Origin: Myxococcales bacterium
GTDB taxonomy: Bacteria > Myxococcota_A > Polyangia > Polyangiales > DASUME01
Length of the DNA: 64,000 bases
Assembly (NCBI GenBank): GCA_047601445.1
Contig: JASGJH010000001.1
Location: 896,001 to 960,000, forward strand
Reading direction: 5' to 3'
The notes below the pieces were generated by a model. That model was not told the origin of the DNA. It saw only the letters and a program-made list of their open reading frames with translations, and did no database searches. Of the stretch, positions 9,811 through 19,920 are shown one piece after another (within the stretch, counting starts at the first letter, position 1; every line of letters begins with the position of its first letter). Both the position numbers and the translations under genes were made by a program.

Positions 9811-10554
9811 GTGTTGCGTCCCCTGTTCTGCGCGGTGGGCTTCCTAACTCGCCTCCCGGTGCCTCATACCGAGCTCGAGGAGCGCGATGTGGCGCGCAGC
9901 GCCGCCTATTTCGCCTGGGTGGGCCTTGCCCTGGGGGCCGCACTGTGGGGGCTGTCGCGCTTGTTCGGGAGCCTCGGAGGGCCGCTGGGTTCCCTCCTGC
10001 TGGTGGCGGCCTGGGCCTGGCTTACGGGCGGTCTGCACCTGGACGGCCTGGCCGATACCGTCGACGGCCTGAGCGGTGGCCGCGGCGACCGGGCGCGTAC
10101 CCTCGAGATCATGCGGGACAGCCGCATCGGGTCGCACGGGGCGGTGGCCCTGGTGTTGGGGCTGGGGATCAAGGCGGCGGCCCTGGTGCGGGCACGCGAG
10201 CTCGGGCTGGACGCCGTGTGGTGCGCGCCGGCGGTGGCACGCTTCGGCTGCACGCTGCTGTTGGCGAGCTTTCCCTATGCGCGCGCGCAGGGGCTCGGCA
10301 GCGCCTTCGCGGGACGGGTCGGGGCGCTCGAGGTGGGGGTCGGGGCGCTCGCGCTGGGGCTTCCCGTGGTGTTGCTGGGGCCGGCCAGCACGGGCTACGC
10401 GCTGGGGGCCTGCGCCGGGTTGGGATGCGCCTTGTTGCTCGCGTTCCGGGTGCGCCAACGGCTGGGGGGGCTCACCGGGGACGTCCATGGTGCCGCCATC
10501 GAGGTGTGCGAGATCGGCATGCTGATTGGGCTCTGTGCCTTCCCCTTGCGCTGA
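9811..10554 (+). CDS. cobS: Adenosylcobinamide-GDP ribazoletransferase (cobalamin synthase)
   Basis: FLTRLPV, TGGLHLDGLADTVDG, LEIMRDSRIG and GGLTGDVHG motifs; GTG start inferred. Confidence 0.93.
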   Translation: MLRPLFCAVGFLTRLPVPHTELEERDVARSAAYFAWVGLALGAALWGLSRLFGSLGGPLGSLLLVAAWAWLTGGLHLDGLADTVDGLSGGRGDRARTLEIMRDSRIGSHGAVALVLGLGIKAAALVRARELGLDAVWCAPAVARFGCTLLLASFPYARAQGLGSAFAGRVGALEVGVGALALGLPVVLLGPASTGYALGACAGLGCALLLAFRVRQRLGGLTGDVHGAAIEVCEIGMLIGLCAFPLR

Positions 10555-10585
10555 GGGAGGCCACGCCGTAGACGCGAGCCCGCCA

Positions 10586-11149
10586 ATGGCCAAGCAGGAG
10601 CTCGTGTTGATTGGAGGCGGCGTGCGCTCGGGCAAGAGCGCCTTCGCCCTTTCGCGTGCGCGGCGCTTCGGCGAGCGCCTGGTGTTCGTGGCCACCGCCG
10701 AGCCACTCGACGACGAGATGCGCGAGCGCGCTCAGCGACATCAGGCCGAGCGCGGCGAGGCATTCCGCACCGTCGAGTGCCCGCGTGCGCTGGTCGCGTG
10801 TCTACGCGAACTCGACAGCGCCCGCTCCGCCGACGGTGTGGTCATCGACTGCCTGACCCTGTGGATCTCGAACTTGATGGTGGACGGCCTGGCGAGCCAG
10901 GAGATCGACGGGCGCGTGGTGGAGCTGGCCGAGTGTCTGCGCGCTGCGAGCTTCGCGAGTGTCATCGTGAGCAATGAAGTGGGGCTCGGTATCGTACCCG
11001 ACAACGCCATGGCCCGTGCCTTCCGAGACATCACGGGGCGCGCTCACCAGACGCTCGCGCACGTGGCGAGCGAGCTCTACTTCGGCGTGATGGGACAGCT
11101 GCTGCGGCTCAAGCCAGCTCCCGTGGAGCTCGTGGGGGCTGGTTTCTGA
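10586..11149 (+). CDS. cobU: Bifunctional adenosylcobinamide kinase / cobinamide-phosphate guanylyltransferase
   Basis: GGVRSGKS, DDEMRER..RHQ.ER, IDCLTLWISN and VSNEVGLGIVP motifs. Confidence 0.95.
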   Translation: MAKQELVLIGGGVRSGKSAFALSRARRFGERLVFVATAEPLDDEMRERAQRHQAERGEAFRTVECPRALVACLRELDSARSADGVVIDCLTLWISNLMVDGLASQEIDGRVVELAECLRAASFASVIVSNEVGLGIVPDNAMARAFRDITGRAHQTLAHVASELYFGVMGQLLRLKPAPVELVGAGF

Positions 11150-12096
11150 TGCTCCTGCCGGGCGCGAGTGCGCTCGCCTTGGGCGTGGCCTTCCTGCTCG
11201 ATGCGAGCGTGGGGGAGCCCTGGACGCCGCTCCACCCTGTGGTCTGGATGGGCCGGATGATCGCGCCGCTCAAGCGCCTTGGGAGGCAGCCGATGCGCGC
11301 GCCGGCGACCGAGTGGATGATCGGCTGCGCCTACGCGCTTGCGGTGGTGGGCAGCTTCGCTGGCGGCAGTTGGCTGCTGCAGTCGTGGTTGAACGCTCGC
11401 CCGTGGCTCGCGCTCTCGTTCGAGGTCTACGTGCTGCTGGGTTGCTTCGCCCTCAAGGGATTGGTGGCGGCCGGGGACGGCGTGCGCCGTGCGCTGAACG
11501 GGGCCGATCTGGCCGCAGCGCGCTACGGGCTCGGTAGCCTGTGCAGCCGCGATGCCTCGGACCTCAGTGAACGCGAGCTCGCCGGGGCCGCTATCGAGTC
11601 GCTCACCGAGAACACCAGCGACAGCCTGGTGGCGCCGCTCTTCTATTACGTGCTCTTTGGCTTGCCCGGGGCGGTCTTGTACCGCGCCGCCAATACGCTG
11701 GATGCCATGGTGGGCTACCACGGTCGCTTCGAGTACCTCGGCAAGTTCGCGGCGCGCCTGGACGACGTGCTGAACCTGGTGCCGGCGCGCCTGACCGCCT
11801 GCGCGTTGGCCCTGGCGGGGCTGCTACTGCGCCTCGACGTGGGGCGTGGGCTGCGGGTGTGGCGACGCGATCGCGCTGCTACCGAGAGTCCCAACGCGGG
11901 GCATCCGATGGCCATGGGGGCCGGGCTGTTGGGGGTTCAGCTCGACAAGCGCGATGCCTACGTGCTCGGAGCGGGCCTGGCGGCGCCCGACGCGGCAGCT
12001 TTGGGGCAGGCTCAACGTCTGATACGTCTCACGGGCTGGATTGTCGCGCTGGCCAGCATCGGGCTGTTGCTCTGGAGAGGGAAGTATGGCGTCTGA
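11149..12096 (+). CDS. cbiB: Adenosylcobinamide-phosphate synthase
   Basis: HPVVWMG, ESLTENTSD, YRAANTLDAMVGY and ESPNAG motifs; TGATG overlap with cobU. Confidence 0.95.
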   Translation: MLLPGASALALGVAFLLDASVGEPWTPLHPVVWMGRMIAPLKRLGRQPMRAPATEWMIGCAYALAVVGSFAGGSWLLQSWLNARPWLALSFEVYVLLGCFALKGLVAAGDGVRRALNGADLAAARYGLGSLCSRDASDLSERELAGAAIESLTENTSDSLVAPLFYYVLFGLPGAVLYRAANTLDAMVGYHGRFEYLGKFAARLDDVLNLVPARLTACALALAGLLLRLDVGRGLRVWRRDRAATESPNAGHPMAMGAGLLGVQLDKRDAYVLGAGLAAPDAAALGQAQRLIRLTGWIVALASIGLLLWRGKYGV

Positions 12097-13144
12097 GCCC
12101 GAAATCGCGGTGCACGGCGGGTTGGATCCCGAAGAGGCGCGTGCGCTCGGAGTGGCGCCGGAGAGCGTGCTCGACCTGAGCGTCAACCTCAACCCCTACG
12201 GTCCCTGCGCGCCCGTGCTCGAGGCGGCCCAGCGAGCGGTGCTCGCGCGTTACCCGGATCCATCAGGGCGGGCGGCATGTCTGGCCTGGGCGCGCAGCCT
12301 CGACGTGGCGCCCAACCGGCTGGCCGTGGGCCCGGGTGCCGCGGATCTCTTGTGGACCCTGGCGCGCGCGCTCGTGCGGGCGGGCGACCGCGTGGTGATC
12401 GCGGAGCCGACGTTCTCGGAGCTGAGGTTGGCCGCAGCGCAGGCCGCTGCACACGTGGAGCGCTTCCTTCCAGGCCCCGACGCCGGACATCGCATCGACC
12501 TCGGGGCACTCGCGCGCGCGGCCCGCGGTGCGCAGCTCGTGTACCTGTGCAGTCCCAACAACCCCACGGGGCAGGGCTTTGCCGTCGACGAGCTCGAAGG
12601 TCTGGCGCGCGCGCTGGGGGCCACCTGGTTGGTCCTCGACCAGTCCTTTCTGTCCCTCAGCGAACGGGCCCGCGATCTTCAGCGTCGCCTGCCCGACAAC
12701 GTGATCTGTGTACGCTCTCTCACCAAGGACTTCGCGTTGCCCGGCCTGCGCCTGGGGCTCTTGATCGGCGCCCCCGAGGTCGTGCAGCGCGTGGAGCAGG
12801 CGCGCCCGTCCTGGGCCACCAGCGCGCCCGCCCTGGCTGCCATCGAGGCCACCGCCGCGGCCCAGGACTTCGTGGCCCAGAGCTATCGCGCCCTGCGCGT
12901 GGAGCGAGATCGCATGGGACAGCTCCTGCGCCAGGCGGGGCTCGAGGTTTCCGCGTCCGAGTCGGTGTTCCAGCTGGTCAGCGTGGGCGCTGCCAAGCCC
13001 TTTCGCGAGCGGCTGTTGCGCCGTGGGGTGTTGGTTCGCGACTGCACGTCATTCGGCTTGCCCGCGCACGTCCGGGTGGCCGTGCGCAGCGCGGAGGACA
13101 CCGAGCGGCTGCGCCGCGCTCTGCAGGAGCTGGGCGCGTTGTAG
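12086..13144 (+). CDS. cobD: Threonine-phosphate decarboxylase-like PLP enzyme (CobD/CobC, HisC family)
   Basis: HGG, DLSVNLNP, CSPNNPTG, SLTKDFALPGLRLG and VRDCTSF motifs; located in the cob cluster. Confidence 0.8.
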   Translation: MASEPEIAVHGGLDPEEARALGVAPESVLDLSVNLNPYGPCAPVLEAAQRAVLARYPDPSGRAACLAWARSLDVAPNRLAVGPGAADLLWTLARALVRAGDRVVIAEPTFSELRLAAAQAAAHVERFLPGPDAGHRIDLGALARAARGAQLVYLCSPNNPTGQGFAVDELEGLARALGATWLVLDQSFLSLSERARDLQRRLPDNVICVRSLTKDFALPGLRLGLLIGAPEVVQRVEQARPSWATSAPALAAIEATAAAQDFVAQSYRALRVERDRMGQLLRQAGLEVSASESVFQLVSVGAAKPFRERLLRRGVLVRDCTSFGLPAHVRVAVRSAEDTERLRRALQELGAL

Positions 13145-13186
13145 GACGCAGCTTGCCGGGTTAGCCACCGCTGATAGACAGCAGCG

Positions 13187-15028
13187 ATGGGTTTTCACAG
13201 TACGCGCGAGAGCGTGGAGGCGTTGGCGAAGGCGGGAGAGCTCGTGCGCATCGACGCCGAGATCGATCCGCACCTGGAGGCAGCTGAGATCCAGCGCCGG
13301 GTGTATCAAGCCGGAGGGCCCGCGATCCTCTTCAACCGCGTGAAGGGCTCGCGCTTCCCCATGGCCTCCAACTTGTTCGGCACGCTCAAGCGCGCCGAGC
13401 TTCTGTTCGCCGATGCGCTCGAGCCCGTGCGGCGCATCGTGGAGCTCAAGGTCGATCCGACCCGCGCTTTCCGCCAGCCCTTGCGCTACCTCGGCGTGCC
13501 CTTCACCGCGCTTCACACCCTGCCGCGCAAGGTCTCCTCGGGGCCCGTGCTGGCGCAAACCTGTCGCGTATCCGAGCTGCCCCAGCTCAAGAGCTGGCCC
13601 GATGACGGCGGCGCCTTCATCACTTTGCCGCAGGTGTACACGGAGGATCCGGATCAACCGAGCTTCATGCGGTCGAACCTGGGCATGTACCGCGTTCAAC
13701 TCGGCGGCAACCAATACGTGCCCGATCGCGAGGTGGGGCTGCATTACCAGATCCACCGTGGCATCGGGGTGCATCATCAGGCCGCTATTCGACGCGGTGA
13801 GAAGCTCCGCGTGAGCATCTTCGTGGGAGGCCCACCGGCCATGACCCTGGCCGCCGTGATGCCCCTGCCAGAGGGCCTCACCGAGCTCGCCTTCGCGGGT
13901 GCGCTGCAGCGACGTCGCGTGCGCATGGCCCACGTGGGCGCCGCGCGCGTGCACGTGGATGCCGACTTCTGCATCGTGGGTACGGTCGACCCGAGCGCGA
14001 CCAAGCCCGAAGGGCCCTTCGGGGATCACTTGGGCTACTACAGTCTCGCTCACGACTTCCCGGTGTTGCAGGTGGAGCAGGTGTATTGCCGCGCCGACGC
14101 CATCTGGCCGTTCACGGTGGTGGGGCGCCCGCCCCAGGAAGACACCGTGTTCGGCGAGTTGATCCACGAGCTCACAGGGCCCGTGATCCCCACCGTGTTG
14201 CCGGGCGTGCGCGCCGTGCATGCAGTCGACGCGAGTGGTGTGCATCCCCTGTTGCTCGCTGTCGGAAGCGAACGCTACGTGCCGTACCGCGCGCGCACGG
14301 AGCCCCAGGAGCTCCTCACGCAGGCCAATGCGATCCTGGGCCAGGGACAGATGTCGTTGGCGAAGGTGCTGATGATCGCCGCGGAGGGCGACACCCGAGG
14401 GCTCGACCTGCACGACATCCCGGGCTTCTTTCGGCACGTGCTCGAACGCGCGGATTTTCGCCGCGATTTGCACTTCCACACGCGCACCACCATCGACACG
14501 CTCGACTACTCGGGCCACGGCTTCAACCAGGGCTCCAAACTGGTACTGGCTGCGGTGGGGACCCCGGTGCGCCGCTTGAGCGAGCAGGTACCCGCCGACC
14601 TCGCGCTGCCGCACGGCTTCGGCGACGCGAAGCTATGCTTGCCCGGCGTGCTCGCGGTGCGTGGTCCGGCCTACGCGGACGGCGACGCGGGCCCCCAGGG
14701 AGCGCTGCGAAGGTTCTGTGGTGCGCTCGAACCTTCGTCGAGCACGCTCGAAGGCATCGCGTGGATCGTGCTGGTGGACGACGCGGACTTCACGGCTCGC
14801 AGCTTGAACAACTTCTTGTGGGTCACCTTCACGCGCATGAACCCGGCGGTGGACATCGACGGCGTGGGGGCCTTCAGCGAACACAAACACTGGGGCTGCC
14901 GCGGGCCGCTGGTCATCGACGCGCGCCGCAAGCTACAGCACGCGCCTCCGCTGATCGAAGATCCCGCCGTGACCAGGCGCGTCGACGAGCTCGCCAAGCG
15001 TGGCGGTCCGCTGCACGGCATCCTCTAG
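13187..15028 (+). CDS. UbiD family prFMN-dependent decarboxylase
   Basis: SWPDDGG.FITLP, NLGMYRVQ, PEGPFGDHLGYY and VVGRPPQED motifs. Confidence 0.9.
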   Translation: MGFHSTRESVEALAKAGELVRIDAEIDPHLEAAEIQRRVYQAGGPAILFNRVKGSRFPMASNLFGTLKRAELLFADALEPVRRIVELKVDPTRAFRQPLRYLGVPFTALHTLPRKVSSGPVLAQTCRVSELPQLKSWPDDGGAFITLPQVYTEDPDQPSFMRSNLGMYRVQLGGNQYVPDREVGLHYQIHRGIGVHHQAAIRRGEKLRVSIFVGGPPAMTLAAVMPLPEGLTELAFAGALQRRRVRMAHVGAARVHVDADFCIVGTVDPSATKPEGPFGDHLGYYSLAHDFPVLQVEQVYCRADAIWPFTVVGRPPQEDTVFGELIHELTGPVIPTVLPGVRAVHAVDASGVHPLLLAVGSERYVPYRARTEPQELLTQANAILGQGQMSLAKVLMIAAEGDTRGLDLHDIPGFFRHVLERADFRRDLHFHTRTTIDTLDYSGHGFNQGSKLVLAAVGTPVRRLSEQVPADLALPHGFGDAKLCLPGVLAVRGPAYADGDAGPQGALRRFCGALEPSSSTLEGIAWIVLVDDADFTARSLNNFLWVTFTRMNPAVDIDGVGAFSEHKHWGCRGPLVIDARRKLQHAPPLIEDPAVTRRVDELAKRGGPLHGIL

Positions 15029-15040
15029 CCGACACGGCGC

Positions 15041-18000
15041 TCACGCTGGATCGTCCGCCCGCTTCTTCTCGGATTTGCGGCCGTTCTTCTTGCGCTTCTC
15101 GGGCTTGGTCTCCATCGGCGCCGCGCTCGCCAACGTGCCGCCGGCCTGGGCCACACTCACCGCGTAGACCGCAGGCTGCACGGGCTGGTAGAGCCGCAGA
15201 TCTTGATCGTAGGCCAAGGTGTCGAGGTCCGTGGGCTGTACGCCCTGGTCGCGCAGCGGCTGCTTCATCGGGCGATAGCCCACGCTCATGGGCACGTCGT
15301 CGCGTACGCGCACGAAGCGCGGGCGGGCGTTGGCATCCAGGCGACGCTCGACCTGGCGTGCGATCGCGAGCGGGTCCAGCAGATAGCCAGGCCGCACCAC
15401 GATGGTGGCCACGGGCATCTCGTGGTTCGACCCGGGCACAGGCAGTCCGTAGACCACCGCGTGCTTGATCTCGGGCAATTCGTAGAGCGTATCTTCCACG
15501 TGCAGGGTCGAGACGGGGCCCTTGTGAGTGCGGATCATGTCCGCGGCGCGATCCACGAACCAGTGGTTACCGCTGGGATCCACGCGCACGACGTCGCCCG
15601 TGATGAACCAGGCGTCGTGGGGCTCGAACGCGTCGCGCATGACGCGCGCCAAGGATTCCTTGGAGTCGAGGTAGCCATCGAAGCTGGCCATGGGGTGCGC
15701 CGAGTCGATGCGGGCGATGAGCATGCCGGGTTGGTCCGCGAAGCAGCGCACGAGCTTGCCCTCGGCGTCGCGCACGAAGCTGTTGGTGTCGAAGTCGTAG
15801 GCCACGAGCGCCACGTCCGCCGTACCTGGCAGCGGGCGACCGAGCGAGCCCACCGGTTGTCCCGACACGTTGGCGAGCACCGCGTTACCCTCGGTGGTGG
15901 CGTAGAACTCGAGCACGCCTGTGTCGAAGCGCTCCACCAGGCGCCGCCAGACGTCGGCTCGCATGCCGGAGCCGGCGAACAGGCGCACCGGGTTGTTGTC
16001 GTCGCTCGTGAGGCTAGGCGCATCGACCAGCGGGCGGCACATCTCGCCCGCGTAGTACACCACGCTGGCTCCGTAGCGGCGCACCTCGGTCCAGAAGGTC
16101 TCCGGCTCGAACCCCTGCGCGAGCGCCAGGCGAGCGCCGCCCACGAGGGCTCCGCCCACCGACACCAGGAGGCCCGCCGCGTGATCGAGCGGCATGCAGC
16201 AGTACACCGTGTCCTTCGGCGTGAGCGTGCTGGCTGCCGCGGCGCCGTAGGCCGCCACGGCCCAGCGACGGTTGGTGATGCGCGCGGCACGCGGACGCTC
16301 GTCCTTGCCGGCCGTGAAGATCACCATGGCCAGATCGCTCGCGCGACCGGGGTTGGGCTCGTACCACTCGGGCAGCTCCACCTGCTCCGGATCGATGGAC
16401 TCCATGTCGAGCACGCCCTCGACGTGCTTGCGACCTTCGCCTTGTGGGCCGCCGCCGCCCAGGCACAGGACCGGTCCCTGGAACGTAAAGCGTCCGCCTT
16501 CGGCGCGCTCCGGATCCGTAATCAAGATCTCGACCTGCCCGAGCTGCAGCGCGTGCTCGAGTGAGACGCGCTTGCCCTCGGGGCTGATCAGCACCGCCAC
16601 CGCGCCCAGACGGCTGATGGCCGTGACCAACGAGAGATAGCTCGGGCGCGCCTGCATCAACACACCGACGCGCGAACCGGGCTTCACGCCGCAGGCGATC
16701 AGGCCTCGCACGATGGCATTCACGCGGCGATCGGAGTCCGCGTAGCTGTGTGCGCGTCCCTTCCAGAGGAAGAACGTCTGCTCGCCCATGCGCTCGGCTT
16801 GCTCGGCCAGGGCGAGGCCTGCGCTGACGCGGCTGTCGGCGTCGATGCGTTCCAGGCGCGCCAGGCGCGGCACTTGGTAGCGCAGGTTGTCGAACATCGC
16901 GCCTAGGGTGCTCGAGATGTCGCCCACACGCCGGCGCACGAAACTAGCCGTGTCCTTGGCGGTGTCGAAGATCAGTCGTGCGTTGTACTCGACGTCCTCG
17001 AAGTTGGCCTCGATCACGTCTTCGAGTGCGTCCGGCTTGACCTCGACCTCGCCCGCCATGCGCATGTTCGTCGGGCGCAGCCCCTTGCCCTCGTGCCAGC
17101 GCATCCAGTCGATGACCGTGGGCCAGGTCTGTTTGAGCGCCATCGACCCCACCACGAGCCCGAAGTGGCCCGTGCGCAGCTTGACCTCGTAGCTCTCTGC
17201 GAGCGGAGCGGCTTCGCGGATCGAGCGCACCGAGGGCGCGCGCGCGAACTCGTCGCGTTCCCCGTAGAAGTACAAGATGGGACAGGTGATGTCGGCCAGT
17301 GTGAGGGTGCGCCCGTCGATCACGAAGCCGCCCTGGCTCATGCGGTTTTGCACCACGAACTGCTCGTAGAAATTGCGCAGCGCCGGCCCGGGCCACGCCA
17401 CGAAGCCCTCGCCGTGCAGGAACTTGCGGCTCGACTCGCCGCGCATCAGCGCCTCGCGGTCGTGCAGGTTGCCGATGAAGCTCAGCATGTGCTTGAGCTC
17501 CTTGCCCGCGCTCAGGATGCGGAAGCCGCGGCTGGAGAAGGTGCCGGGCAGGGCGTCCATGGCCGAGAGCCCGCTGCGTACCAGGCCGCTGAGCGAGTCG
17601 ATGACTCGGCTCGCGACTTCGCCGCCGAGCACGAGGTTCTGGTGCACGTCGACCGGGCTGCCGAAGGTGATCAGGCTCTTGATGCCCTGACTTCGACGGT
17701 AGGCCGCGGTCTGGTAACAGAACATGCCCCCTTGGCTGTAGCCGGCCAGGTGCACGTCGTTGCCCGTGGCGGCGCGCACGTGATCGATGGCGTGGCTCAC
17801 CGCCTGCACGTGGTCGTCGAGCGTGCGCTCGAGCCCGCCCTCCTCTTGCTCGGGGATGCCGAAGTCCACCATCCACACGTCGACACCGGCCTCGGCCAGC
17901 ATGGTCACCGTGCTGATCTCCGGATCGATGTCGTAGACTTCGGCTGTGACCATCAGGGGCGGCACCAGCAGGAGCGGGAGGTCCACCTCGGGGCTGACCT

Positions 18001-18190
18001 TGGGCGCGGTGCTCTTGCGCTCGTAGCGGCGGAGCTTGAAGACACGCTCGTGCCGCGCCACCGTGTAGGGCGCGTGCACCTCGGGTGACAGCCGCCCCAC
18101 GCGCGCCAGCTCGAGAGCGTTCTGCGCGCCCTTGGTGAGGTTTTCCCAGAGCGAACTCAGCCCGCTCTTGCGCTCTCCCTCGTCTCCCAT
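15041..18190 (-). CDS. Fusion of a PhaC-like alpha/beta hydrolase and an FATP/FadD-like AMP-binding domain
   Basis: LLLVPPLM, VDFG, GYSQGG lipase box and GHFGLVVG in the N-terminal half; YYAGEMCR, GSGMRADVW, EFYATTEG and WFITGD in the C-terminal half; start MGDEGERK at 18190. Confidence 0.85.
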   Translation of the reverse strand: MGDEGERKSGLSSLWENLTKGAQNALELARVGRLSPEVHAPYTVARHERVFKLRRYERKSTAPKVSPEVDLPLLLVPPLMVTAEVYDIDPEISTVTMLAEAGVDVWMVDFGIPEQEEGGLERTLDDHVQAVSHAIDHVRAATGNDVHLAGYSQGGMFCYQTAAYRRSQGIKSLITFGSPVDVHQNLVLGGEVASRVIDSLSGLVRSGLSAMDALPGTFSSRGFRILSAGKELKHMLSFIGNLHDREALMRGESSRKFLHGEGFVAWPGPALRNFYEQFVVQNRMSQGGFVIDGRTLTLADITCPILYFYGERDEFARAPSVRSIREAAPLAESYEVKLRTGHFGLVVGSMALKQTWPTVIDWMRWHEGKGLRPTNMRMAGEVEVKPDALEDVIEANFEDVEYNARLIFDTAKDTASFVRRRVGDISSTLGAMFDNLRYQVPRLARLERIDADSRVSAGLALAEQAERMGEQTFFLWKGRAHSYADSDRRVNAIVRGLIACGVKPGSRVGVLMQARPSYLSLVTAISRLGAVAVLISPEGKRVSLEHALQLGQVEILITDPERAEGGRFTFQGPVLCLGGGGPQGEGRKHVEGVLDMESIDPEQVELPEWYEPNPGRASDLAMVIFTAGKDERPRAARITNRRWAVAAYGAAAASTLTPKDTVYCCMPLDHAAGLLVSVGGALVGGARLALAQGFEPETFWTEVRRYGASVVYYAGEMCRPLVDAPSLTSDDNNPVRLFAGSGMRADVWRRLVERFDTGVLEFYATTEGNAVLANVSGQPVGSLGRPLPGTADVALVAYDFDTNSFVRDAEGKLVRCFADQPGMLIARIDSAHPMASFDGYLDSKESLARVMRDAFEPHDAWFITGDVVRVDPSGNHWFVDRAADMIRTHKGPVSTLHVEDTLYELPEIKHAVVYGLPVPGSNHEMPVATIVVRPGYLLDPLAIARQVERRLDANARPRFVRVRDDVPMSVGYRPMKQPLRDQGVQPTDLDTLAYDQDLRLYQPVQPAVYAVSVAQAGGTLASAAPMETKPEKRKKNGRKSEKKRADDPA

Positions 18191-18363
18191 CGTTCCTCGC
18201 CTGCGGGTGCGTGCCCCGCCCTCATGGGTAGTACGAGCGGCCCCTTGCCGCCAGATTTTCTCGGTGGTAACGCGGGCGTCGGAGTGGTCACTCGGGCGTG
18301 GGTCGAGTTCTAAGGGGTCGATGCGCCCTCGGGCGCGCAAGCAGAGAATGGAGAGCGTGCAAG

Positions 18364-19209
18364 GTGGCCCACAAGAGCGCTCGTTGGAACGGACAGGCGA
18401 TTTCGGTTTCGCCCATCGGAATCTTCCGCTCCCCGTTTCGGGAGCGCATGGACGCACCGCGCCAGGCGCGGGTGGCCGCCGAGACCGAGGGGCGCGTGGA
18501 GCTCTTCGAGGGGCAAGGCTACGAGGACGCGCTGTCCGACCTGGATCGGTTCGACCACCTCTGGCTGGTCTTCTGGTTCGACCGCAACGTGGGCTTTCGG
18601 CCCAAGGTGCTGCCCCCACGGAGCGCCGTGAAGCGCGGTGTGTTTGCCACCCGTGCTCCCTATCGCCCCAACCCCATCGGCCTCAGCGCGGTGGAGCTGG
18701 TGGGCATCGAGGGGCTCACGGTTCACGTGCGCGGCGTGGACTTGCTCGACGGCACTCCGGTCCTCGATCTCAAACCTTATGTGCCCTACAGCGACGCCAT
18801 CCCACAGGCCAGTCACGGCTGGCTCGAGCTTCCGACGGGGCAGGGCGAGCGCCCGCGAGATCCACTGCCTGCCTATGCCGTCACGTTCGCTCCGCTGGCC
18901 GAGCAGCAGCTGGCGTTCCTACGAGACGAGCAGGGGCTCGAGTTGGGGCCTCGGGTCGAAGAGGTCTTGAGGCTCGGCCCCACGCCCCACGCCTATCGAC
19001 GCATCCGCCGTGAGCCCGACGGCCCCGAGGGGGCCGGCTACGTGCTCGCGCTCAAGGACTGGCGCGTGCGCTTCAGCGCCCAGGGCGAGCAGATCACGGT
19101 GGTCTCGCTGCACAGCGGGTACCGCCCGAGTCAGCTGTTCTCCGAGCCCGCGCAGGCCCCCGAGGTCCATCGCGCGTTCGTGGCCAAGTGGGCTACGCTG
19201 CTGCCATGA
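18364..19209 (+). CDS. trmO: tRNA N6-methyl-t6A37 methyltransferase TrmO (TsaA)
   Basis: PIG.FRSPF, APRQ, GVFATRAPYRPNPIGLS and GVDLLDGTPVLDLKPY motifs; start uncertain. Confidence 0.9.
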   Translation: MAHKSARWNGQAISVSPIGIFRSPFRERMDAPRQARVAAETEGRVELFEGQGYEDALSDLDRFDHLWLVFWFDRNVGFRPKVLPPRSAVKRGVFATRAPYRPNPIGLSAVELVGIEGLTVHVRGVDLLDGTPVLDLKPYVPYSDAIPQASHGWLELPTGQGERPRDPLPAYAVTFAPLAEQQLAFLRDEQGLELGPRVEEVLRLGPTPHAYRRIRREPDGPEGAGYVLALKDWRVRFSAQGEQITVVSLHSGYRPSQLFSEPAQAPEVHRAFVAKWATLLP

Positions 19210-19811
19210 AGCTCTACCACCACCCGCTCTCCACGTTCTCGCGGCGTATCCGCATGCAGCTCATCGAGAAGGGCGTCTCCATCGACGAAGTGCTGATCGA
19301 TATGACCAAGGCGGAGCACAAGGGACCAGCCTACAAGACCCTCAATCCCTACGGTCGCGTGCCGCTCTTGGTGGACGGAAGCTTCGTACTCTACGAGTCG
19401 AGTGCCATCATGGACTATCTGGAGACGGTCTTCCCCGAGCCTCCGCTGTTGCCGCAGAGCGCCCAGAGTCGCGCGCTGGTGGCCATGCACATCAAGCTGT
19501 GCGACGTGGAGTTCGGCTCCCAGACGCGCAGCGTGATCTTCCCGCGCCGCTTCTTCCCGCGCGAGCGCTGGGACGTGCCCAGCCAGGAGAAGGCCATCGA
19601 CGGTATCGCCAAGCACCTCGGCATTCTGGAGGCGCAGCTGACCGGGAAGTCGTACCTGGTCGATGATCGCTACACGCTGGCGGACCTGGCCTACACGCCC
19701 TTCGTGCAGTTCTTGCCACTGCTGGAGCTCACGGCGCCGCCCAACGTGGCCCGCTGGATCGCCCGCATCGAGGCTCGCCCGAGCGCACAGCAGACCCGTC
19801 CGCCGAAGTAG
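19206..19811 (+). CDS. Glutathione S-transferase family protein
   Basis: LNPYGRVP, LYESSAIMDYL and YLVDDRYTLADL motifs; ATGA overlap with trmO. Confidence 0.92.
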   Translation: MKLYHHPLSTFSRRIRMQLIEKGVSIDEVLIDMTKAEHKGPAYKTLNPYGRVPLLVDGSFVLYESSAIMDYLETVFPEPPLLPQSAQSRALVAMHIKLCDVEFGSQTRSVIFPRRFFPRERWDVPSQEKAIDGIAKHLGILEAQLTGKSYLVDDRYTLADLAYTPFVQFLPLLELTAPPNVARWIARIEARPSAQQTRPPK

Positions 19812-19920
19812 CCCTGCGCGGGCGCGAGCACCGGCCCCCCAGGCCTCAACACACCAACGCGTCGCGTTCGCGTGCTCAGGTCCTGTGAGGGCCGGTGCTC
19901 GGCCGTCGCTCACCCCGGTG

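Noticed and set aside
15041..18190. Bona fide PHA synthase phaC
   Set aside because: The nucleophile is Ser (GYSQGG) rather than Cys, the domain is fused to an AMP-binding domain, and no phaA/B/E genes are nearby.
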